Shown here: piece by piece, positions 28,539-36,640 of the stretch
How the letters are laid out: every line of letters begins with the position of its first letter
How positions within the stretch are numbered: the stretch's first letter is position 1
Source of the DNA: Candidatus Aenigmatarchaeota archaeon
GTDB lineage: Archaea > Aenigmatarchaeota > Aenigmatarchaeia > QMZP01
NCBI GenBank assembly: GCA_016185435.1
Contig: JACPNN010000021.1
Span: forward strand, 269 to 64,268
DNA length: 64,000 nucleotides
Reading direction: 5' to 3'
Made by a program: the position numbers and the translations under genes
The notes under the pieces: generated by a model
What the model saw: only the letters and a program-made list of their open reading frames with translations
What the model was told of the DNA's origin: nothing
The model's database searches: none

Positions 28539-28636
28539 CCATTATCATTTGCTGAAAGGCCTTAAAAAGGAAAAATTTATGCCAGCCGCACATCCCCTTC
28601 CAGTGAGATGCCATCTGCAAGACGCTAGTAGTATCC

Positions 28637-29072
28637 GTTCGGTAAGAAGCAAGGGGTACAATGTAAACCTTTTGTAGGCGCTATAAATCCAAAAGGTTTA
28701 ATCCAAAAACGTGGTTGCTGGGGGGGGGTATATTGGGGAAATTCGTATATGTTCGGCAAGAAGCGAGGGGTAGAATGTGAACCTTTTCGAGATGAATTCG
28801 TTAAAAGGTTCAATCCAAAACAAACATCTGTAATGTTGGTTGCTCAGGGGAATAATGGGGAAATTCGTATATGTTCGGCAAGAAGCGAGGGGTAGAATGT
28901 GAACCTTTTCGAGATGAATTCGTTAAAAGGTTCAATCCAAAACAAACATCTGTAATGTTGGTTGCTCAGGGGAATAATGGGGGAGTTCGTACATGTTCGG
29001 CAAGAAGCAAGGGGTATAATGGGGACGGCACGTCCCCATGCTGGAGGCCCCATGGGACAGCATGTCCCCATA
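28637..29072. repeat. Tandem array of ~122-bp hairpin-containing units
   Basis: Units start GTTCGG(C/T)AAGAAGC(A/G)AGGGGTA at 28637, 28751, 28873, 28995; two near-identical middle units. Confidence 0.92.
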
Positions 29073-29253
29073 AGTGCAGTTTTGTTTTGGAATCGATAGC
29101 GCCGAAGTTAATGGATATGGAACTTTCCTTCAAGCTCATGGATGCCAACCCTTGGAATCCGGGCATGTTTTGAGGAATAAGCGCCCGCATTTGCCGCACA
29201 GTAGGGATATGAGAAATATTCACCAATATTAACACCCTTCCACAATTTCTTTT

Positions 29254-31107
29254 ATGGCGTCAATACTCGATCAATACTTCCTGAACCCCTACGGCCTTTT
29301 AGGCCTGCTGGCCCTCATCCCTCTCATAATAATCTATCTCAAGAGGCCCAGGCCGAGGAAGATTGCCTTCCCGTCCATAGAGTTCATCATGGGCGCCAGG
29401 AAGAGGAAGAGCCTCTTTAGCTTCCTGAGCTACTTCATACAGGATTACCTTTTCCTCCTTCAGGTGCTGATATTCATAATATTTGCCGCAGCAATGGCCT
29501 ACCCGTATGTGAGCATGAAGCAGAGCGAAGCAGTATCAAATGCAGTGATTATACTGGACGCCTCGGCAAGCATGCAGACAATCCATAAGGACAATACAGG
29601 AGTTGAAATCGATAAACGGACACGCTTTGAAAGGGCCAAGCAGACAGCCGTACAGAACCTTGCTGATATCAACACAGTCATACTTGCCGCTGATTTTCCT
29701 GAGGCCCTTGTAACTGAAGCTGACAAAGGAACTGCCACAAGGCTGATCCAGGAAGCCAGGCCAAAATCAACCCTGACGAACCTCTATGATGCAATGATAC
29801 TGGGCGATGATTACCTGGAAGGCAAGCAGGGCAAAGTTGTCGTTATAAGCGATTTCCTGCACAATGCCAATGACAGGAGCCTCCTGACAGCAAGGAGCAT
29901 CCTTGAATCCAAAGGCATTGCCGTGGAATTCAGGAGCCTGGCAGGCAACGCCAGCAACGCCGGTATAGTTGACGTGAAGGTTGAAGGAAAGAAAGTGAGA
30001 ATCAAGGTGAAAAATTTCAATCAGAAGCCTCTTGCATCCACAGTGGCATATGGGGAGACATCAAAAACATTCAATATCGACCCGTTAGGCCTGGAAAGCA
30101 TAGAGCTGGACGCCAGGGAAGGCGCATCAGAAATAAGCCTCCTGCCAGAAGATGACTTCATGCCTGACAACAGGGCCTACATAAGCATGCAGCAGAACGC
30201 TTCAGTCAGGCTCCTGCTGATAACAAACAACAGGAGCAGATTCCTTTACACAGCCCTGGAGCTCCTTCCGGGAGTGAAAGTGGATGTCGCTGAGCCGCCG
30301 GTGATACCAAGACTTGACTATGAAATCTTTATCCTGCATAACATAGAGCCAGGCAAGCTTCTGCCCGGCGCCGTGAAGGATATCGCTGAAAAGGTGGGCA
30401 AGGGAGCCGGCGTTGTCATCGCAGCGCACAGGGGAATGGAGAACATAGACTACAGGGAACTGGTGGATTTGCAGGCAAAAAGGGTGAAGAAGCCTCTGCA
30501 GGCAATAAGGAAAGAGTCCAGGCTCACGGAAGGGATGGATTTCGGCCGGGTCGGGGAATATTATGACGTCAGCTTCCCCAACACTACAGAGCTCGCTTAT
30601 GGCAATGACGGCAATCGCTCTGCGCCTCTGATAGCCTTTGCCGCAAAGGGCTCAGGCACAATACTATACTACGGCCTTGATGAGGCATCATCATCATTCC
30701 ATTATGAGCTCCTCTATCCTGTCTTCTGGAAGCGGATGATAGAGCAGATGGCAGGCAAGCTCGATGAGCGGCAGCTGAACATGAAGACAGGCAGCATACT
30801 GTCCCTTGACGGATTGAAGGAGGTTGAATATCCTGACGGTTCAAAAAGCGCCTCAAAAACCCTTGTGCTGGACCAGTCAGGGATATACACTATCAGGCCT
30901 GAGGGGAAAAAGATTGCGGCAAACCTGGCCCAGGAGATGGAGTCGGCAGTAAGCTCAGCCTTTGCTTCAGAAGAGTCAAAAAAGCTTCTGTCTCCAGCAG
31001 CCCAGGAAAGAGAGGCCAAGGTTGAAATGACACATCTTGCCGCTCTGCTCCTGCTCCTGCTCCTTTTCCTTGAATTGTTTATACTGAAATACAGGGGAGA
31101 CGTGTGA
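29254..31107 (+). CDS. BatA N-terminal + vWA domain membrane protein
   Basis: FLNP.GLL.L...LIIIYL..PRP....FPS; ILDASASM MIDAS; VISDF. Confidence 0.88.
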   Translation: MASILDQYFLNPYGLLGLLALIPLIIIYLKRPRPRKIAFPSIEFIMGARKRKSLFSFLSYFIQDYLFLLQVLIFIIFAAAMAYPYVSMKQSEAVSNAVIILDASASMQTIHKDNTGVEIDKRTRFERAKQTAVQNLADINTVILAADFPEALVTEADKGTATRLIQEARPKSTLTNLYDAMILGDDYLEGKQGKVVVISDFLHNANDRSLLTARSILESKGIAVEFRSLAGNASNAGIVDVKVEGKKVRIKVKNFNQKPLASTVAYGETSKTFNIDPLGLESIELDAREGASEISLLPEDDFMPDNRAYISMQQNASVRLLLITNNRSRFLYTALELLPGVKVDVAEPPVIPRLDYEIFILHNIEPGKLLPGAVKDIAEKVGKGAGVVIAAHRGMENIDYRELVDLQAKRVKKPLQAIRKESRLTEGMDFGRVGEYYDVSFPNTTELAYGNDGNRSAPLIAFAAKGSGTILYYGLDEASSSFHYELLYPVFWKRMIEQMAGKLDERQLNMKTGSILSLDGLKEVEYPDGSKSASKTLVLDQSGIYTIRPEGKKIAANLAQEMESAVSSAFASEESKKLLSPAAQEREAKVEMTHLAALLLLLLLFLELFILKYRGDV

Positions 31108-31129
31108 TGAAAGAATATGGGGATAACAC

Positions 31130-33514
31130 ATGGCAGGCATAGAATTGGTCTCGCCTGAATGGCTTTTATTGGCAGTTCCTTTGCTGGCAATAATCATAGC
31201 CGTATCCAGAAAAAATATTTTCAAATTAAGCGAGAGGCAGGACAGCAGCCTCTTCACCATCATCTTCAGGAGCCTTGCGGTTTTGCTTATAATCGCATCC
31301 CTTTCCCATCCGGTCTATATATCAAAAGGCCTGGCTCAGGTCCCTCCGACAGCAAGGCTCCTGATCGACAGCTCTGATTCAATGAAAATATTTGACACGT
31401 CCTTCATCCCGAAGCTGGAGGAAAGCCTTGCGAAAGAGCTGCCCCTCGATGTCAAAGTGATAGCCAATGGAACAGAATCGAGGATAGGCGATGGCATCAT
31501 GTCCAGCCTTGCAGACCAGTCAGGCCTCCTCCTCATATCCGACGGCCAGGCAACTGATGGCTCAGGCCTTTCAGACGCCGGCCTTCTTGCCTCCAAGCTG
31601 AACGCTTCCATCAGCGCTATCAGGCTCATTCCGGCTGTCAGGGATGCGGGCGTCACTATTACCGCCCCTTCCAAGACAGCCAAAGGCGTGGAGACCCAGC
31701 TCCTGGTCGAGGTCAATGGAATAGAAGGCATCGATCGTCCAACAGGGAAAATAGACGTGGAAATAGACGGCCAGAATGTGAAAAGTTCTCCCTTGACAGA
31801 GAAATCCTTTGTGATTTCAAAGCGATTTGAGGCAGAAGGCAGCCATGTGATCAGGGCAAAGATAACGCCTGATGATGATTTTTTTGAAGCAAACAATGAG
31901 TTCTACAAGACCATCAAGGTTGTAGGGAAGCCAAAGGTGGCATACATAGGCGACAAAAGCAACCCATTGCTTGAGATCCTCGGCCAGCTCTACAGCACTG
32001 ACACATTTGACAATATCCCTTCCAAGGATGAGCTGGACAAGTACCATGCATTGATAATTAATGATATGCCTGCAAAGGGCATCAGGAATATAGACGCCCT
32101 CAAGGATTTCATAGCCGACGGCAACGGCCTCGCGGTTATCGGCGGCTTCAATTCCTATGATTTCGCTGATTACAGGAACTCGGCCTTTGAAGCCCTGCTT
32201 CCCGTCAGGATTGGACAAGGGGCAGAGAAAAGAGGGAGTGCGAATGTCATCCTGCTGGTGGACATATCGGGCAGCACCACAGAGTCGACAGCAAAAGGGG
32301 CAGTGATAGTTGATGTCGAAAAAGCCCTTGCTGTAAATATAGCAGACGTCCTCTCGTCCAGGAATTCTGTAGGATCTGTGGCATTCAATACTGAAAGCTA
32401 TATCGTCTCGGATCTGGAGATCCTGCGGGATTCAAAGGACAGGCTGATCTCAAGGATATCGAGGCTGAAGAATGGAGGAGGAACCTCAATAAGCACAGGG
32501 CTGGGAGGGGCGTACAGGATGCTGAAAGGAAGGCAGGGCAGCAACAATATTATATTGATTTCCGACGGGGTTTACAACTTCGATCTGGACAAGGAAAAGA
32601 GCCTGCAGATCGCCAGACTTCTGAAAGATGAAGGCATAAAGCTTTATACCATAGGCGTCGGTGCAAACCACAAGAAATCCTTTCTCTCAGAGCTGGCATC
32701 TCTGACTAATGGCATTTACCTCTCAGCGGACGAATCCAATAAGCTGTCTGTCGTTTTTGGAGAGAAAGGGGAGCTTCCAAGAGGCAGCACATTCGAGCTG
32801 CTTGTGATAGACTCTACCCATTTCATCACCCAGGGCCTTCACCCAAGGCCTTTGCTCGATGCCTACAATAAGGTCATCCCAAAGGAAGGGGCCAGGCTGC
32901 TCGTCACTACAGGCAATGGCGACCCGGCCCTTACCGTATGGAGGTACGGGCTTGGAAGAGTAGCCTCTCTTAATGCCTTCACCTCTGACAATAACCTGGG
33001 CCAGCTCCTGTCGAAGGATAACTCCAAGCTGATCGCAAGGATGCTGAACTGGAACATAGGGGATCCTGAAAGGAAGCTGGATGAATCGGTCGATGCAAGC
33101 GATGCCAGGATAGGCGAAACAGTCACAATAAAGGTCAGGACAAAGGGCTACCCAAAATCAAACCTGACCTTTTTCAAGGCAGGGGAGGACACATATCTGG
33201 CCAGAACCCGCCATTACCATGCAGGCATATACTCGGTAGAGTCGGCCAAATATGCTGTCAATTATGAGAAGGAATATGAAAACCTTGGCATGAGCAAACA
33301 GCTTGAGACCATAATTCAATTGAGCGGCGGAAGATTATTTAACCAGAGCGACACAAATAGCATACTTGAACTGCTGAGATCAGGGGCAAAAAAGGAGCAG
33401 ATAGTTGAGAATAACATAAGCTGGCTCTTCCTGCTCCTTGGGATGCTGGCATACCTCGCCGAGGTGGCCTTAAGGAGGCTTGACCTATGGAAAAATATTT
33501 TCAGAAAAGCCTGA
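31130..33514 (+). CDS. vWA + glutamine-amidotransferase-like membrane protein
   Basis: IDSSDSM, VDISGS, ISDG, GLAVIGG, WRYGLGRV. Confidence 0.85.
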   Translation: MAGIELVSPEWLLLAVPLLAIIIAVSRKNIFKLSERQDSSLFTIIFRSLAVLLIIASLSHPVYISKGLAQVPPTARLLIDSSDSMKIFDTSFIPKLEESLAKELPLDVKVIANGTESRIGDGIMSSLADQSGLLLISDGQATDGSGLSDAGLLASKLNASISAIRLIPAVRDAGVTITAPSKTAKGVETQLLVEVNGIEGIDRPTGKIDVEIDGQNVKSSPLTEKSFVISKRFEAEGSHVIRAKITPDDDFFEANNEFYKTIKVVGKPKVAYIGDKSNPLLEILGQLYSTDTFDNIPSKDELDKYHALIINDMPAKGIRNIDALKDFIADGNGLAVIGGFNSYDFADYRNSAFEALLPVRIGQGAEKRGSANVILLVDISGSTTESTAKGAVIVDVEKALAVNIADVLSSRNSVGSVAFNTESYIVSDLEILRDSKDRLISRISRLKNGGGTSISTGLGGAYRMLKGRQGSNNIILISDGVYNFDLDKEKSLQIARLLKDEGIKLYTIGVGANHKKSFLSELASLTNGIYLSADESNKLSVVFGEKGELPRGSTFELLVIDSTHFITQGLHPRPLLDAYNKVIPKEGARLLVTTGNGDPALTVWRYGLGRVASLNAFTSDNNLGQLLSKDNSKLIARMLNWNIGDPERKLDESVDASDARIGETVTIKVRTKGYPKSNLTFFKAGEDTYLARTRHYHAGIYSVESAKYAVNYEKEYENLGMSKQLETIIQLSGGRLFNQSDTNSILELLRSGAKKEQIVENNISWLFLLLGMLAYLAEVALRRLDLWKNIFRKA

Positions 33515-33996
33515 ACACATATCTTGCAGCCGCATTCGTCGCGGTGCTTATAGCGCTGAGCATATATGCCGTCTACTACCAGAACATTTTCGGGACCATA
33601 ACGCAGAATCTCAGCTCATGCACCTCCCAGTTCCAGTACTGCTCCTCGAAGCTGCAGGCAGCCCAGACAGAGCTTGACACCAAAGCCAAGGACCTTTCAA
33701 GGCTCCAGGGACTGTATGACAGCCTCCAGACCTCCTACACCGTCCAGACAGGCGAGCTTGAGGCTAAGAAGAAGGATCTTGAGAAGACTACTGCCGAGCT
33801 GACCAGCCTGAAGAACCTTTATGTGGAGAGGCAGATAGAACTTGAAAAGATGAAGAAACAGCTGTCAAGCATGGCGGAGGAGGCAAAGGCGCTCAATGCA
33901 AGGATAAGGGAACTCGAGCTGTCTATGGCAAGCTGCAAGAGCCAGCTTAGCACATGCCAGACTAACCTGGCCAACACGACGAATTCGACTGGGTAA
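33487..33996 (+). CDS. Membrane-anchored coiled-coil protein
   Basis: One TM followed by heptad repeats. Confidence 0.75.
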   Translation: MEKYFQKSLNTYLAAAFVAVLIALSIYAVYYQNIFGTITQNLSSCTSQFQYCSSKLQAAQTELDTKAKDLSRLQGLYDSLQTSYTVQTGELEAKKKDLEKTTAELTSLKNLYVERQIELEKMKKQLSSMAEEAKALNARIRELELSMASCKSQLSTCQTNLANTTNSTG

Positions 33997-34005
33997 CTGA
34001 TTTGC

Positions 34006-34692
34006 ATGAAAAAACTGATTCTGTTTGATATTGACAATACCTTATCTGTTGCCTCTAAAGCGCATATGGAGGCCTTTTCCCTTGCGATGAAGGATGTGTA
34101 TGGTATTGAAGGGAGCGTATGGGATGTCAAGTATTACGGAAAGACAGACTGGCAGATAATAATGGAGGCTCTGAAGGAGAAGGGGATACCTGGGAAAAGG
34201 ATAAGATCAGGGCTGAAGGAATGCATGAAGAGGATGGTTGAATATTACAGCAAAATGGCTGGCAATGACAAAATCGTCCTGATGGATGGCGTAAAAGAGC
34301 TGCTGAAAGGGCTCGAAGGGCATGGCATTCTTATGGGCCTCGTGACAGGGAATCTTGAAGAGATAGCATGGGCGAAAATGGAGAGGCTGGGGATAAGGCG
34401 CTACTTCAAGGCCGGCGGCTTCGGGAGCGATGACAAAAGCAGGGCAAAGCTTGTCAGAATTGCCATAAGAAGGATGGAAAAGCACTTTGGCCATATCCCA
34501 AGGGAAAACATTTTCGTGATAGGGGACACGCCGCTGGATGTGAAGGCCGGCAGGGAGGCCGGGATAAAAACGATAGCTGTGGCCACAGGGGTATATGCAA
34601 AGGATGAGCTTATGAGCGGAGAAGGAGGAGGGGCTGATTTTGCTCTGGAAAACTTAAAGGATACCGCTGCTGTGCTGGAAATAGTTCTATGA
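34006..34692 (+). CDS. HAD-family hydrolase
   Basis: LFDIDNTL, VTGN, IGDTPLD. Confidence 0.92.
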   Translation: MKKLILFDIDNTLSVASKAHMEAFSLAMKDVYGIEGSVWDVKYYGKTDWQIIMEALKEKGIPGKRIRSGLKECMKRMVEYYSKMAGNDKIVLMDGVKELLKGLEGHGILMGLVTGNLEEIAWAKMERLGIRRYFKAGGFGSDDKSRAKLVRIAIRRMEKHFGHIPRENIFVIGDTPLDVKAGREAGIKTIAVATGVYAKDELMSGEGGGADFALENLKDTAAVLEIVL

Positions 34693-34745
34693 CTTGTTCG
34701 TTTATATGACATTGAAATAAGTACTCAACTTGCTAATTTACAATT

Positions 34746-35483
34746 ATGGACATCCAGGAAATGTTCAGGGCCATGGAGGGAGAGAGGCTTAAAATAGCGC
34801 TCTTTAAGTCTGCCCTCAACTCCATGCTTGTTTTCCTCGCATCCAATCTTATAGCCTCAGCTTTCAGCCTCCTTGCCCTGAGCCTGCTGCTGGCTTTTCT
34901 CACTTTTTTCGCCAGCCTCTATTTCTATGCTAAGCGCTACAGCATGGGCTATATTGAGGCCAGGAACCCGCAGCTGAAGGAGATGCTCACCACGGCCAGG
35001 GAAAACATTTCAAGAAAGGACGTGCTTACAGGCATACTTTTCAGGCAGGTTCTGGCCCGGGCCAGGACAATATCCTTCGAGGCCATGGCAAGCATCAACA
35101 CGGTCTATCTGCGTGTCTTTATCATAGTCATCCTTGCGTTTGCAACCACCCAGATATCCCCAGCCTATGTGGCCGGCCAGATAGAAAGCTTTGGCAAGTA
35201 TTTTTCAGGCAAGAAGGTTGTGATGGATGTGGAGCTCAAGAACAGCGAGGACATATTCGGGGAGGAGAGGCTGATAAGGCTGGGCAATGACACCCTCCAG
35301 CTGGCCCTTCAGGCCTCCAACAACGAGATAGACCTGAATTCAGCGGAGGAGCCTGACAAAAAGGCCTTCGAAAGAAGCGAGTTCATGTTTGACGTTGAAG
35401 GCTCAGCGGCAGAGACGAGCCAGGAGAAGCTGCCTGAGGACTTCGAGCTGGTGAAGGCGTACAGTTTGAAGATAAGGGAATGA
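34746..35483 (+). CDS. Membrane protein of the MoxR/vWA operon
   Basis: TMs, IEARNPQLKEMLTTARE, acidic C-terminus. Confidence 0.7.
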   Translation: MDIQEMFRAMEGERLKIALFKSALNSMLVFLASNLIASAFSLLALSLLLAFLTFFASLYFYAKRYSMGYIEARNPQLKEMLTTARENISRKDVLTGILFRQVLARARTISFEAMASINTVYLRVFIIVILAFATTQISPAYVAGQIESFGKYFSGKKVVMDVELKNSEDIFGEERLIRLGNDTLQLALQASNNEIDLNSAEEPDKKAFERSEFMFDVEGSAAETSQEKLPEDFELVKAYSLKIRE

Positions 35484-35796
35484 TATTGAAGCATAGATGG
35501 GGCGGCTTTGTGACAAAACTAGTTATGATCTCTATGAAAAAACTAATCATATCTCTCCTTCTATTTATCATTTGTTTGTCTACCAATAAATACCTCCAGG
35601 ACCAAATATATAGCAGAGCTGTTGTGCAAAAACACGATCCAGTACATGCTTTTCAGCATGGATATTCAATCGAAGAAATATTGCCGCAATAAAGGGAGTC
35701 TACTTTTCTTCTGGATGGGTATTTGAGTTTTGTCGCAAGCCCTAGATGGGGCAGAACCTTTAAATATCCAGAATATAATATTTCAATAGAGATATC

Positions 35797-36075
35797 ATGG
35801 AAGAGCCATCGGTCTATCCGCACTATCAGGACAGGCCGATAATCCCTTCTCACATGTCTCAGAGGGAGATGGACTCTTTGCGGATGGATCTGTGGAAGGT
35901 CAAAGAAATACTGGAAGGCGGTTATGACTGCTCTGTCAGCAGAAGAAAGCCAAACATCATTGAGAAGTGCATCAGGAAAAAGGGCAAGGAGATCAGGGTT
36001 GTTGTCGCCCTGATTGAGTGGGAGAATAAAAGCTTTTGGAGGTTAATCCATGTCGGCAAAACAGGTAAACATTGA
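35797..36075 (+). CDS. RelE/BrnT-fold (DUF4258-like) putative toxin
   Basis: Small basic ORF, IRVVV...W.LIHVG, overlaps antitoxin. Confidence 0.6.
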   Translation: MEEPSVYPHYQDRPIIPSHMSQREMDSLRMDLWKVKEILEGGYDCSVSRRKPNIIEKCIRKKGKEIRVVVALIEWENKSFWRLIHVGKTGKH

Positions 36076-36385
36076 CAAATGGGAGAAAATACCCTGCGAG
36101 TGCGGGAAGATGGCAGATAAGGCCAGCTTAACCTACAGGAATTATCAGGTGAGAGGCTGGAAATGCCATAAATGCGGCAAAAGTTACATACATCCTGCCG
36201 ATTCGCTAAAGATAAGCAAGCTCGAGAAGCTTTCTGGCATGAAGGTCAAGATAGGCGTTGTCGGCCAGAGCCTCGTGCTTCGGATACCCAAGAGCATGGC
36301 AGAGTTATATGATCTGGAGAAGGGGGAACTTGTGGAGCTTGTGCCTGAGGACCTGAAGAGGCTGGAAATAAAAATCAAGGGCTGA
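36050..36385 (+). CDS. Zn-finger + AbrB/MazE antitoxin
   Basis: CEC..CHKC; VGQSLVLRIPK...GELVEL. Confidence 0.8.
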   Translation: MSAKQVNIDKWEKIPCECGKMADKASLTYRNYQVRGWKCHKCGKSYIHPADSLKISKLEKLSGMKVKIGVVGQSLVLRIPKSMAELYDLEKGELVELVPEDLKRLEIKIKG

Positions 36386-36448
36386 CTTGGCCAAACTAGC
36401 CAAATTCTGAGCTGGTGAAGGCGTACAGTTTGAAGATAAGGGAGTAGT

Positions 36449-36616
36449 ATGAGTAAAAGAAGACGTCTGAATTTGTTTCATATTGCCGGCAAGTTAACCG
36501 AAGAGCAGGCGGCAGAACTCAGAAAGCATATCTTTGATAGAAGGAAAGAGATGAGGAAAAGATTGCAGAAAACACGAAAAGCATTGAGTTTCTTCAGTGC
36601 GAAAAAGCATTTATAG
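36449..36616 (+). CDS. Orphan/truncated VapB-like antitoxin
   Basis: Manual: ...LFHIAGKLTEEQAAELRKHIFDRRKEMRKR...; no toxin follows. Confidence 0.45.
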   Translation: MSKRRRLNLFHIAGKLTEEQAAELRKHIFDRRKEMRKRLQKTRKALSFFSAKKHL

Positions 36617-36640
36617 CCTTACAGAACAATTACTTACATT

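Larger units (their letters stand above)
35445..36447 (+). repeat. 35-bp exact direct repeat (35445-35479, 36409-36443) bracketing a TA module
   Basis: GAGCTGGTGAAGGCGTACAGTTTGAAGATAAGGGA = last codons of the 34746-35483 gene. Confidence 0.95.

Noticed and set aside
28637-29072. CRISPR array
   Set aside because: Units are ~122 bp with identical intervening sequence, there are no unique spacers, and no cas genes are present
28871-29173. 100-aa ORF in the tandem repeat
   Set aside because: Translation of a structured non-coding repeat; no protein-like features
33975-34748. Duplicated junction around the HAD gene
   Set aside because: Only about 12 of 19 bases match; too weak to count
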